Source: Chiloscyllium plagiosum | Lineage: Eukaryota | Direction of reading: 5' to 3' | Length of the DNA stretch: 64,000 nucleotides | Assembly: GCF_004010195.1 (NCBI RefSeq) | Contig: NC_057718.1 | Coordinates: forward strand, 87,540,606-87,604,605 | Shown: positions 13,399 through 26,611 of the stretch, in pieces | How the letters are laid out: each line of letters starts with the position of its first letter | Numbering within the stretch: position 1 is the first letter of the stretch | The notes under the pieces: model-generated | Database searches by the model: none | The model's input: only the letters and a program-made list of their open reading frames with translations | Told to the model about the DNA's origin: nothing | Translations under genes and position numbers: made by a program

Positions 13399-14019
13399 TA
13401 GAAAAAGGGAGATTGAGGGGGTTCTGATTGAGGTCCACAAAATCATGAATGGTATGGACAGGGTGGATAGAGATAAGCTTTTTTTCCCAGGGTGAGGGAT
13501 TCGATAACAAGAAGTCACGTGTTCAAGGTGAGAGGTGAAACATTTAAGGGGGATACACATGAAAAATACTTTACACAGAGGGTAGTGGGTGTCTGGAATG
13601 TGTTGCCAGCAGAGGTAATAGAGGTAGGCATAGTAGATTCATTTCAGGTGCATCTGGATGGATACATGAGTAAGTAGGGAGCAGAGGGATACAGATGCTT
13701 AGGAACTGGGCAATAGATTTAGACAGTGGATTTAGATCGGCTCAGGCTGGGAGGGCCGAAAGGCCTATTCCTGGGCTGTAAATTTTCTTTCTTCTATGTG
13801 TACAAGTAATTTAATTTTCCTCTTGATTTATCCCTTAACTGTCTGTTTGTCTGTCTGTCATTGTGAGAGAGTGGCAAATACAATTAAAAAGAATTAGATT
13901 TAAATTCCCAGCATTAATTCAATTACCTTGTCCTTTCACTTGCTGTGTGGCTGTGGCAATAAGAGCTGCTCAAATACTGAGAATTCTGCAACAAGTAACT
14001 CACCACCTCACTCCATGAA

Positions 14020-14490
14020 GCCTTAGCACATGGCACAAATTGAGAATGTGGTGGAATACGTCCACTTCCCAGCATGAGTGCAGCTTTAAGAACACTCTAG
14101 AAGCTCTCCATCCAGAACAAGGCAGCCCACTTTTTTGGCACCCCATCTACCACCCTCAACATTCACTTGCTGCTCTACTGTTGTAGTGGCAGCAGTATAC
14201 ACTGGTTACAAGATGCACTGCAACAACACACTGAGGCTCCTTTGACGGCATCTTCCAATCCTGTGACATCTAGAACTTAGAAGTTCAAAGTTAGCAGGTG
14301 AATCAGAATATCACCATTTGCATGTGCCCCTGCAAGTCACCCACCATCCTGACTTTAAACCAAATCGCTGTTCCCTCACTGCCACTCGGTTAAATTCCTG
14401 GAACGTTATTCCTAACAGTCCTATATATGTATCTACACCACATGAGCTAGCAGGAGTTCAAGATAGCAGTTCACCACCTCTTTCTCAGTG
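14020..14490 (+). mobile_element. Old LINE 3' fragment (CR1/L2-like)
   Basis: Collinear with 35990-36430 (tggaatac.tccactt...catccagaacaaggcagccc...acaagatgcactgca). Confidence 0.6.
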
Positions 14491-15735
14491 TTTGAGTTGG
14501 GTATGGGTGCTTGGTGTGGAACTTGGTGCCTGGTGAAGAGTTGGGCCATGGTCATTTGATGAGTTGGCTGTTGAGTGTTTGTTGAATTGGTATTCAGTGT
14601 GGAGCTGAGTCCTGAATGTTAAATACTGGGTTCCAAATTAATTAGATGCTCATGTGGAGCTGGCTGCTTGGTGAATTGGGAGCCGAGTACTTGAGAAGGA
14701 GCTGGTTGCTCAATGAATTGTGTTTAGTGCAGATCAGAGTGCTTGGTGCAGAACTGAATTGAGTGCTCAGTGCAGAGCTGGGTTGGTGCTGATGCTCTGT
14801 TGGATTTTGTGTGCTTGTTTTGGTTAAAATGGGGACCACATTAAGTTGGGTGTTGAATGCATGGTGTGGATCAGGATCTTAAATGTTTTGTGCTGGTGTT
14901 GGGTAATACTGGGAAAATTGGAGGCTCGGTATGAAGTTGCATCTTGAGTGCTTGATGTTGGATCCTGAGTGAATTAGGTGTTGGTTACAGAACTTGACCT
15001 GGATGAATTGGGTGCTTGGTGAATTGGGTGATGAGTGCTGAATTGAGTCCTGGTGAATTGGATGCAAAACTGATTGCTGAGTGGGTGCTGGATGCTGAGC
15101 TGGGTCCTGGTTGAATTGGGTCAAAACTCAGTGCTCACTGAATTTGGGTGCTGTGTGAATTGGGTGTTGGGGCTGGGTGGATTGGATGTGAGGTGCTGAC
15201 TGGGTTCTGGGTGAATTGGGTGCTGGTTGCAGAGCTGTGTTTTGAGTGAATTGGGTGCTGGGTAATTTGAGTATTGTGAACATGTCTCCTGGGTGAATTG
15301 GGAGCTGAGCCATGTTCAAGTGAATTAAGTGCTGGATACAGAGGAAGGTGCTGGGTGAGTTGAGTGCAGGGTGAATTAGGTGCTAGGTACAAAGTTAGGA
15401 TGGGGGTATTTAGGTGCTGGGTGCAGAGGAGTGTGCTGGGGTGAATGGGGTGAGGGTGAGTTGGGTGCGGGGTGCTGGGGTGAATTGGGAAGCTGGGGTG
15501 AATTAGGTGTTGGGTGCTGGAGTGAGCTGGGTGCTGGGGTGAATGGGACGAGTTGGGATGCTAGGGTGAGTTTGTGGTACTGGGGTGAGTTGGGGTGTTG
15601 AGATGAGTGGGCTGAGTTGGGATAGCTGGGGTGAATTGGGGTGCTGGGGTGAATTGGGGTGCTGGGATGAGTGGGCTGAGTTGGGATAGTTGGGGTGCCG
15701 GGGTGAGGTGAGGGTGCTGGGTGCCGGTTGCATTC
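14490..15735 (+). repeat. Degenerate G/T-rich tandem repeat (unit like GGTGAATTGGGTGCTG)
   Basis: Dozens of variants of ggtgaattgggtgctg(g), becoming more homogeneous and G-rich toward 15400-15735. It explains the Pro/Ser/Gln-rich antisense ORFs. Confidence 0.85.
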
Positions 15736-16015
15736 GGGGTCGCTGGGTGTCGCTGTTGTCTCCGGGTCCGCGCTCGTGTTCCGCATTGCCCCCTGGCGGT
15801 GATCCACGGACCTGCTCCCGGCCGCAGCTAAAAAAAAAAGCCGGGAACCGGAGCCGGAGCTGGGGGTTCGCTCGCCCCTGGACACTGACACTCCGCGACA
15901 CTGCGCTAACGGAGCCTCAACACCAGAGCGGGAGAGCCAGCGGCACTGCCGCCGGATCCACCTGAAGGAAAAGAGACTGCGGCCGCTGAGCATTCACGGC
16001 GAGAGGAGGGTCAGG
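15700..16015. promoter_or_regulatory. CpG-rich, GC-rich patch; probable promoter/5' region of the SAMD5-like gene
   Basis: Dense CG dinucleotides (ccgggtccgcgctcg, gccgggaaccggagccggag) in an otherwise CpG-depleted window, about 400-700 bp upstream of the ATG. Confidence 0.65.
15785..15802 (-). promoter_or_regulatory. CTCF-like binding motif
   Basis: The minus strand reads TCACCGCCAGGGGGCAAT, matching the CTCF core CCRSYAGRKGGCR, and lies inside the CpG patch. Confidence 0.55.
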
Positions 16016-16349
16016 ACAAGGTGTGTGTGTGTGCAAACCAACTGGAGAGAATCTCAATCTACAACTGAACCGAGTCAGAGACTCAGCTCACCAGGACAAC
16101 CTCAATCTGAAGTCTGAATTTTACCTTTAATTCTACTTTTGATTCTAGTTCCAATTCTCATCTCTTATCCACCACCTTTTAATCCTCATGTCATTATAAT
16201 CCCAGACCTGTCTCCAATTCTATTCCAATCCCAAACCTAATCTCAATCCTAATCCCAACTCCTCCAGCAATCCTAGTACAAATGTTCATTTTAATCTCAA
16301 TTCTTGAAGTATCCACACTTAACCCTAACTCATCTCTGTCTAATCCTAA

Positions 16350-16895
<546 letters not shown>

Positions 16896-19315
16896 TGACT
16901 CTTTTGGGATATAATTTACAGGAACATGAAAGGGACTAAAGTACTTGCTATGATGTGAGTTAGAAAGTGGCTTGAATGGCAGTTGGCATCAGATGTGCAG
17001 GAGATTTATCTTGTAACATGGACAAATCACTTTTACAGGATCAAGAGACGGCTCACTGTCACTGTCTCATGAGCAATTAGGGATAGCTCCCTGCTTCAGG
17101 CAGTGATGTCCAACTCCCATGTCAAAGAAAATTCAATGGGTGAAAGGTCATTTCTAATCTTGTAGTAAAATGTAAAGTAGTCACAGATATTGGAATCTGT
17201 CAATTTGTTATGAACATGTGGGAATTTCAGTTCCATATCGGTATTGACAAATCTGGTCCAAACTTGAGTTTGGTGTGAAGATTTGAGTCCTGCACAGGAA
17301 TATAGAAAGGAATATAGACAGTTACCTGTAGTTATATTTGTGCAGATATTTGACTATTGTATAAACATACAGCAATCTGTCTGATTTTTGTATTTGGTAT
17401 GTTATCGTAGGAAATCTGTGGGTAATTTGAATTCTAGGCAGAAATCTTCCCAGCATTTGAGTTTCTCACTGATTGACTTTTTCTTCATGTTTTAGTTTTA
17501 AAGTGAGGTATAATAATCAGGTGCATGCTTGAGTGCCATATGGGGACACAATAATTGTCAGGTATGAGATTTATTCTTTTCTGTAATTCATACAGAAATT
17601 TAGAGAGGATTCATCAAAGTTATGCAGGTTTGAGAAATTGTTAATGAGCAGTGACTTGAGATACTGGATCTGTTTTTGCTGGCTTAGAGAAAGCTAAAGG
17701 AAGACAATGGGTTTTTTTTAAATTATGGAGAGTTTTGGGAGAGTAGTTAGTCAGTAATGAAGTGTTCTTGATTTTAAAATTTGTCACTAAGAAGTGAGAG
17801 GACATAAAATGCTTCACCACAGGGACTGGTTGCTCCTGTGAAGGGAAAATTAGATAATTTTTTAAAATTAGACCAAAATACAGTACGATTGGGAAAGGAC
17901 AAGGTAGTGGGATTTGTTTTTGCAATAGTTTGACTGGCATGGACACAATGAGATGGTCTTTATGATTCTGTGGGGATATATATAATAGATTTAGTCATGT
18001 TTTACATTCTATACTGAGTACAATGCATTGAATTATTTGAGCCTACAAGGCCTACATTTTAGAATGTGCTTAGCACTTGAGATCCATACAGTAGTCAAAT
18101 TTGGGATGTGTATCTTTCAATAGAACTCAATTAGCGCAGTTTCTAGCATTTCTTACCAATTTAAGTCTAGTCCAAATATCTCTTTTGGTTTAGAGGTGTT
18201 GACCATTCCCCAAAGCAGTCTAGCTTTATGCCTGAAGGGAAAGACATAATCACACCGTCTGTTAATCCGCACTTCATAAAAACCAGTCAGTCTCTCTGGC
18301 GACGAAGACATAATAAAAACCTATTGCAAAATCTTTGCCATCTGAAAGGGACTATCAAGATGCTTCAGTCATCCTCAGTGAAATAAGAAAACTGAGAAAC
18401 AACTGGTATTAAATCTTCTTTAAAAGGAGATTAATTAGATAAATTAATTGGTTCCTCCAGCTATTTAGTTGCAGAGAACCTGAGTTTTTTTCATTCTGAT
18501 TCTTAGAGCGTTGTCAAAGCAACATTTTTCCCCTCATTTGGATTTCTGCAAGAGTATTGGTGTAGTTGTTGTTCTGTTGTGAAGATATTTTACTCATGTC
18601 AGTTTGGTGAATGTACAAAATGTTAAGCTTATTGCACTGAATCTTGCTTGAAAGATGGCCGAATGTTACAATGCTTGGCAATTTAAAAAGAATTGAACTG
18701 CTGCACTAATAGATACTCACATTCATGACTGGCATTATTTCTTGCAATTTGCTGTTCTCCCAAACATGCTCAATATTCCTGTGATCACAATTCTATGTCA
18801 ATCACACGAATCAGCAATTTCGCTCAGCCATCCTGTTGCCTGGGAAACCTTTTCCCAGCAGCAAACGATGTATGCCTGACAACCAGTTTGACACTGAATT
18901 GAAAATTGAAAGTGACCTCTCGTTATATTGAAGCTGAGTAGCTTGGCAGAGCACTAAAATGATTAGGATTTGAAGGAGCACTGTGTATTGTGTTGAAGAA
19001 ATCTCTTTTAATGATTTCTTTTTATGGGGGCCACATAATTGTTTTCAAGCCATTAAACAAATAAATCAAAAACCACTTGAGTAAACATGCCTGGCATTTT
19101 AAAGGCACTCACCATTGAATTTTAGGAAGATTTAAAGTTGCAAAGAACTGAAAATAAATTTCTAAAATGTAAATTGAGTAGTGATTAAATGTTACACTAT
19201 CATCTGAGACAGTTAATGAGGCAATGTTACCAGCCCTTCTGAAAGGGTCAGTGTGGAAATCCAACAGCATCACTTGAAAGAGTGCATATGGAATTTTGTC
19301 CATATTAATGAAATG

Positions 19316-19630
19316 ATGGTACAGTCAGTGGTTAGCACTGCAGCCTCACAGCAGCAGGATCCCAGGTTCGATTCCAGCCTCGGGTGACTCTGTGTGGAGT
19401 TTGCACGTTCTCTCTGTGTCTGCGTGGGTTTCCTCCGGGTGCTCCGGTTTCCTCCCACAGTCCAAAGATGTGCAGGTCAGGTGGATTGGCCAGGCTAAAT
19501 TGCCCATAGTGTTAGGTACATTAGTCAGAGGGAAATGGGTCTGGGTGGGTTACTCTTCAGAGGGTCGGTATGGACTGGTTGGGCTGAAGGGCCTGTTTCC
19601 ACACTGTAGGGAATCTAATCAAAATCAAAT
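19316..19630 (+). mobile_element. HE1-like V-SINE
   Basis: Well-preserved A/B boxes, V-domain and tail. Confidence 0.9.
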
Positions 19631-20171
19631 AAGAAAATATTTTCAGTAATAATGTGGAAAAAAAGAATTTATTCCTCGACAGGTAACATGGAAATACTGA
19701 AATGCCTCCACCAGAAAGAGAATGGAAAATGACACATTTCCTCCAAGTGCATGATAATTTGTTTCAGGGTGTCCTGAAACCAATAAGTTAGAAATATGAA
19801 ATTATCTCAAATTAATATTTGTGTAAATGTGACATTATGTCATGCAAGGGAAAAAGTGGAAAGTGTATTGCGATATAATATCTCCTGGGAGCTGATATGG
19901 GATTATTACGTTTTCTTCTGAAAGAGATAATGTGGAAGTGAGCCCGATAAATAACTTCCTTTTTAAGAGCTAAAATTGAGATGGCAGTCATGAATATTAA
20001 TGTGGAAACCTTACTGCATCCATTGAGGCAGATAATGTGGAAATGTGACAGTATGTATTGGGGTTTAAGTGGGAGTGTGATTTAAAAACCCCAGCAAGAG
20101 ATAATGTGGAAAAGATGCAGCATCTCATGGCAGAGGTGATGTGGAAGTAACAGTATTTCTTCTGAGTTAAC

Positions 20172-21670
20172 AGAAATCTTAAGACCATAACACATTCGGC
20201 CCATCAAGTCTACTCTGCCATTCAATCATGACTGATAAGTTTCTCATCCATAGTGTTAGGTACATTAGTCAGAGGGAAATGGGTCTGGGTGGATTACTCA
20301 TCCCCATTCTCCTGCTTTCTCTCCGTAATCTTACTCAAGAACCTATCTATCAGTCTTAAATATACCCAATGACCTGGCCTCCACAGCTTCCTGTGGCAAT
20401 GAATTCCATAGATTCCCCACTCTCTGGCTAAAGATGTTTCTCTGTATCTCCGTTCTAAAAGGTCTTCCCTTTACTCTCAGGCTGTGCCCTCGGGTCCTAG
20501 TCTCTCCTACCAATGAAAACACCTACCCACCATCTACTCTGTCCAGGCCATTGTGTTCTGTATGTTTCAATTCGATCCCTCCTCATCCTTCTAAACTCCA
20601 TCAATTATAGACCCAGAGTCCTCCAATGTTCCTCATATGTTAAGCTTTTCATTCCTGGGACCTTTCTTGTGAACCTACTGTGCACAATACTCCAAATGTA
20701 GTCAGATCAGAGCCTTTTAGAGCTTCAGTTTTTATATTCAAGTCCTCTTAAAATAAATGCCATCATTGCATTTGCCTTCATAACTATTGACTCAACCTAC
20801 AAGTTTACCTTGACTAGAACCCCCAAGCCTCTTTGCATTTCAGACTTCTGAATTTTCTCCCCATTTAGAAAATAGTCCATGTCTGTACTCTTCCTACCAA
20901 ATTGCATGACCTCACACTTTCCCATGTTGTACCCCATCTGCCATTTCTTTGCCCACATCTGTAAACTGTTCAAATCCTTCTGCAATCTCCCTGCATCCTC
21001 GATGCCACCTGTCTCTCTACCTATCTTTGTATTGTATTAGCCACACACCCCCAGTTTATTCATCTAGATTATTTATGTATAAAGTGCAAAGTTGTAGTCC
21101 CAACACTGAGCCTTGCGGAACACCACTTGTCACCGGCTGCTATCCTGAGAAGGACCCTTTTTCCCCACTCTCTGCTTTCTGCCAGACAGCCAACGTTCTG
21201 TCCATGCTAGTACCTTGCCTCTAACACCATGGGTCCTTATCTTACTCAGTTGCTTCCCGCTGTGGCACCTTGTCAAAGGCCTTCTTGAAGTCCAAGTAGA
21301 TAACATTCATTGGCTCTCCTTGGTCTAACTTGCTCATTACTTTCTCAAAGAATTCTAGCAGATTTGTCAGGCATGACCTCCCCTTGATGAAACTGTGCTG
21401 ACTTTGCTCTATTTTACCATACACTTCCAAGTATTCAGAAATCTCATCCTTCACAATGGATTCCAGGATCTTACCCACGACCAAGGTTAGACTAATCGGT
21501 CTGTAATTTTACTACTTTTGCCTAGCCTCTTTTTGAACAGTGGTGTCATATTTGCAATTTTTCTAGTCCTCTGGGACCCTCCCTGATTCTAGCAATTCAT
21601 GAACGATCACCACCAAAGCCTCTGCTATCTCTTCAGCTATCTCCCTTAGAACTCTGGGGTGTGGTCCATA
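20172..21670 (-). mobile_element. CR1 LINE, 5'-truncated
   Basis: Minus ORFs KGRSCLTNLLEFFEKV...YLDFKKAFDKVP and WAKKWQMGYNMGKCEVM; CR1 3' end near 20172. Confidence 0.9.
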
Positions 21671-22616
21671 CCTTCTCAGAGAGATAATCTAGATTTGACC
21701 TGGGAGGGATAATATGTTTGTGGTGTGCGCTATTGTGGAAATGTGATGACATGTCTGGGGAGGATGATTTAATGTTGCAATCTCTATTCGGAATAATAAA
21801 GAAATGATACAATGTCCTCTTTGTGAAATAATGTGGAAAATATGAAGATGATGTGGCAGCAATATTGTATTACCTCTGAGATATTGAAATTGTTAGGATA
21901 TACCTCAGACATATAATGTGGAAATATGCAAGCAGCATTGTGGGAAAGATAAAGCTGATGTGGTAATAATACAATATTTTCTCTGAGATGATGGAATTGT
22001 TAGAGTATCTCCTTGTACAGATAATTTGAAAGTAGCAAACCATTTCAGAAAGATAATGTGGAAATGTGAAATATTTTCTGATAAAGGGAAAATGTAAATC
22101 TCTCCTGACAAATTATTTGGAAATGATAAAATATGTTGAGAGAGAGGGAAATGTGACAATCTCACAGGCAATAATATGGAAATATTTCAAAATCTGACAT
22201 TCAGATTATGTGGAAGTCATAGTGTCTCCTGAGAGAGGTTTTGTTGAATAGAGGCACATGAGAAACATAACGTGCAAATATTCCACTATTATGTGACACA
22301 GATAAAGTCAAAAGGTTACAGTCCAATGTGCAAATGTTGCACTTGAGATAGAAAATGTGGAGTTGTTGTAGAATGCTCTGAGACTGATAAGATATGATAT
22401 TATCTCCTGTAAAAGTTAAAGAGTGAATATAATGGTGCTTCCTTGCAACAAATCAAGTGGAAATGATCGTCTGTCTTGATGTATAATCTGCAACAGTATA
22501 ATATAACCTGAGGTTTAATGTGAAAAGGTTATATTATCTCCTGAGAGAGGGAATGTGACAAAACTCCTAAGTGAGAATTTGGAAGTAATGCAGCATTTTT
22601 CAAGTGAGACAGTTAG

Positions 22617-23715
22617 AATCTTAAGACCATGAGACAGAGGAGTGGAAGTGAGGCCATTCAGCCCATCGAGTCCAGTCTGCCATTTCATCATGGCTGATGG
22701 GCAGTTCAACTCCACTTACCCGCACTCTCCCTATAGCCCTTTAATTCCTTGCGAGATTAAGAATTTTCAATCTCTGCCTTGAAGACACTTAAAGTCCTGG
22801 CCTCCACTGCTCTCTGTGGCAATGAATTCCACAGGCCCACCACTCTCTGGCTGAAGAACTGTCTGCTCATTTCCATTCTAAATTGACCCCCACTAATTCT
22901 AATGCTGTGCCCACGGGTCCTAATCTTCCCGCCTAACGGAAACAACTTCCCAGTGTCCACCCTTTCTAAGCCATGCATTATCTTTTAAGTTTCTATTAGA
23001 TCTCCCCTCAACCTTCTAAACTCTAATGAATACAATCCCAGGATCCTCAGCCGTTCATCATATGTTAAGCCTACCATTCCAGGGATCATCTGTGTGAGTC
23101 TCCGCTGGACATGCTCCAGTGCCACTATGTCCTTCCTGAGGTGTGGGGCCCAAAATTGGACATAATATTCTAAATGGGGCCTAACGAGAGCTTTATAAAA
23201 TCTCAGAAGCACATCGCTGCTTTTATATTCCAACCCTCTTGTGATAAATGATAACATTACATTCGCTTTCTTCATCATGGACTCAATCTGCATGTTTACC
23301 TTTAAAGAATCCTGGACTAACACTCCCAGATCCCTTTGTACTTTGGCATTATGAATTTTCTCACCGTTTAGAATGCCTGCATTCTTTTTTTCCCAAAGTG
23401 CAAGATCTCGCATTTACTCACGTTGAACTTCATCAGCTATTTCCTGGACCATTCTCCTAAACTGTCTAAATCTATCTGCAGCCTCCCCACCACCTCAGTA
23501 CTACCTGCCTGTCCACCTAACTTTGTATCATCGACGAACTTCGCCAGAATGCCCCCAGTCCCTTCATCCAGAACATTAAGATATAAAGTGAACAGCTGTG
23601 GCCCCAACACTGAACCCTGCAGGGCACCACTTGTCACCGGCTGCTATTCCGAAAAAGAACCTTTTATCCTAACTCTCTTCCTTCTGTCAGATAGCCAAGC
23701 CTCAATCCCTGCCAG
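22617..23715 (-). mobile_element. CR1 LINE 3' part
   Basis: Minus ORFs QGSVLGPQLFTLY...KFVDDTK, YKALVRPHLEYYVQFWAP and TRGHS...FFSQRVVGLWNSLP. Confidence 0.9.
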
Positions 23716-23719
23716 TTTT

Positions 23720-24027
23720 TATAGAATCCATACAGTGTGGAAACAGGCTGTTCTGCCCACTAAGTCCACACCAACCCTCCAGGGAGCCACCCACCAAGAC
23801 CCATTCCCCTGACTGACTATCCCATATTTGCGTCTGACCATTGAGCAATTTAGCATGGCCAGTTCACCTAACCAGCACATATTTGGAGTGTAGGAGGAAA
23901 CCGGAGCACCCGGAGAAAACATGGGGAGAATGTCCACAAACTCCACACTGGCAGTCCCCCGAGGCTAGGATCGAACCTGGATCCCTGGCACTGTGAGGCA
24001 GCACTGCTAGCCACTGAGCTACCGTGC
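23720..24027 (-). mobile_element. HE1-like V-SINE
   Basis: Reverse-complement head (gcagcactgctagccactgagctaccgtgc), V-domain and tail. Confidence 0.85.
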
Positions 24028-25482
24028 TTTTTTTTTGACAGTCTCTTGAGGGAGGTAATGTGAAATTGATCCAGTACGTACTGAGATAATGCCTCCACGG
24101 ACAGGGAGAGAGAGAATGTGAAGATGTGACTGTATCTCGCGAGAGATAATTGAGTTGTTCGGATACCTCTTAAAAACATGATATGTAAATGTTACGGACT
24201 CTTTTGGTAGAAATTTATATGGAAGTATGATAGAACCTCCCAAGGGAGAAAGAGAGCAATATTACAGAGCAGGTACTCTTGATGATATGGAATTAAATGC
24301 TGTTTAATTAGAGATGATGGGAATGTTGCTGTATCCCCTAATAGACATATGCAGAATGTACACAAAGGCAAAAAATGTGGCAGTGTCTCCTGAGAGAAAG
24401 AATGTGCAAATGTTGCAGAAGCTCCTATGGCAAATGACATGGAATTGTCATTCCATCATCTGAGAGACGTAATGTAGAATTGTCACAGTCTGCCTTGAGA
24501 CAGATAAATGGTTATATATTTATCTCCTGTATAGGCACAAGTGTAAACATGGAAATACTTCATGCAGGAAATCAGGTGGAAATCATACAGTCTTCCTCGA
24601 AATAATCTGCAAATATAACCATGTAACCTGGACATTAATGTAAAAATGCAGCATTGCCACTTTCTCTTTCTGACGGAGAGAATGCTAAGATATCTCTGAG
24701 AAATAATGTGAAAATGGGTCATTACCTCTTAATAGCTATAATGCTGTAAAGGTACAGTATAAATAATGTGGAAATGATACAATATTTCTTTAGTGATGAT
24801 GTAAATCATACAGTATCGCCTGAGACAGATAAACGTAGAAATATCTCAATATCTCCCTAGAAGGAGAATTTGGAGCTGTTTCAGTAGCACTTATGTCATT
24901 TAATTTGACTTATTTGGATACGTTTTTAAGTGTGGGTTTACAATTTTGAGTTAGTAAAATAATGGGATTTTGGTGTATCTGAAATTAATAATTGTAGCCA
25001 TGGTGATTTCATTTAAGACTTTTTCTGAGGGCTATTTCAGCAACCTAGTTAGTTTGTGTTCACTTTTAGATTTTACAACCTAGCAGGGTGAACCATTGTG
25101 TTTCAAGGTTTCTGTTAGAAATTTGTGGACTGAGAGATTCTTTTAAGCTGAAGCAAAACACCCATATCTCAAAGGGAGATGGTTTTTGTTTCAGTGCAGT
25201 GCTCATGAGGAGGGAAGAATATAGTAACACTGATTGCTATGGAGTTAAGGAGTTAGTGAGATTTCCTGCCTGCAAGTATTGGTATAAACCCTGAGGAGGT
25301 TACTTGAATCTGAGTACATTTAGGATCAGGTGTATGAAAGCTCCAGGAAACAAGTCTGCTGTCTTGGAGTTAAAGTCATGGGTACGTAGTCATCCGTTGA
25401 GACATCACAAAAAGTAATTCAGTCATGAGTACTGCACAAGGGTTACTGTTGGATACTGTACAAGAGACTTTGGTCAAGCAAA

Positions 25483-26610
25483 ACATAGAACATAGAATAT
25501 TACAGCACAGTACAGGCCCTGCAGCTTTCAATGTGGAGCCAATCTGAAGCCCATCTAACCTACACTATTCCATTTTCGTCCATATGTCTATCCAATTACC
25601 ATTTAAATGCCCTTAAAGTTGGCAAGTCTACTACTGTTGCAGGCAATGCATTCCATGTCCCTACTTCTTTGAATAAAGAAATGACCTCTGACATCTGTCC
25701 TACATCTATCACCCCTCAATTTAAAGCCATGTCCCCTTGTGCTAGCCATCACCATCCGAGGAAAAAGGCTCTCACTGCCCACCCTATCTAACTCTGATTA
25801 TTTTGTATATCTCAATTAAGTCACTTCTCAACCTCCTTCTCTCTAACGAAAACAGCCTCAAGTCCCTCAGCCTTGCCTCATAAGACCTTCCCTCCATACC
25901 AGGCAACATCCTAGTAAATCTCCTCTGAATCCTCTCCAAAGCTTCCATAGCCTTCCTATAATGCAGCGACCAGAACTGTACACAATACTCCAAGTGCGGT
26001 CGCACCAGAGTTTTGTACAGCTGCAGCATGACCCCATGCCTCCGAAACTCCATCGCTCTACCAATAAAAGCTAACACACCAAATGCCTTCTTAACAACCC
26101 TATCGACTGGGTGGTAATTTTCAGAGATCTATGTACATGGACACCACCATCTCTCTGCTCATCTACACTACCAAGAATTGTGTAGCCCACGATTAGCCCA
26201 GTACTCCTTATTCCTGTTGCTCCTTCCAAAATGAATCACCTCACACTTTTCCCCATTAAACTCCATTTGCCACCTCTCAGCCCAGCTCTGCAGCTTATTT
26301 ATGTCCCTCTGTAACCTTCAACATCCTCTGCACTATTCACAACTCCACCGACCTAAGTGTCATCTGCAAATTTACTAACCCATCCTTCTATGCCGTCATC
26401 TAGGTCATTTATAAAAATGACAAACCGCAGTAGCCCCAAAACAGACTCTTGTGGTACACCACTTGTAACTGAACTCCAGGATGAACATTTCCCAGCAACC
26501 ACCACCCTCTGTCTTCTTTCAGCTAGCCAATTTCTGATCCAAACCGCTAAATCATCTTCAATCCCATGCGTCCGTATTTTGTGCGATAACCTACCAATGG
26601 GAACCTTATC
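25483..26610 (-). mobile_element. CR1 LINE 3' part
   Basis: Minus ORFs [12 protein letters not shown]...WVSKFADDT and LYKTLVRPHLEYCVQFWS; (CATAGAA)n-type tail at 25483. Confidence 0.9.
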
Positions 26611-26611
26611 A

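Larger units (their letters stand above)
8560..13800 (+). mobile_element. Near-full-length decayed CR1 LINE: ORF1 (Zn finger + SGNH/GDSL esterase) and ORF2 (APE endonuclease + RT), with nested SINEs and a nested CR1 3' end across the gap
   Basis: ORF1: CASCLMWE...TCKKCVQLQLL, VIGDCIVRG, ISGLLPVPRA, DGLYLN..GTNVL. ORF2: CIYFNARRI, DIIAITETWL, PTREGAILDL, KSPGPD, GRSCLTNLIEFFEEVT, DFSRAFDKVPH, VPQGSVL, KFTDDTK. Many stops and frameshifts. Confidence 0.93.
19635..24880 (+). repeat. Degenerate ~35-bp satellite (consensus approx. GAGAGATAATGTGGAAATGTKACAGTATCTCCT); blocks 19635-20170, 21671-22613, 24037-24880
   Basis: (G)ATAATGTGGAA recurs at ~35-bp spacing (e.g. 20031, 20100, 20135). Blocks are separated by CR1/SINE insertions. 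Confidence 0.8.

Noticed and set aside
15376..15993. 205-aa Pro/Ser/His-rich minus ORF and overlapping ORFs
   Set aside because: Translation of the G-rich tandem repeat and CpG patch; low complexity, no domain, non-ATG start.
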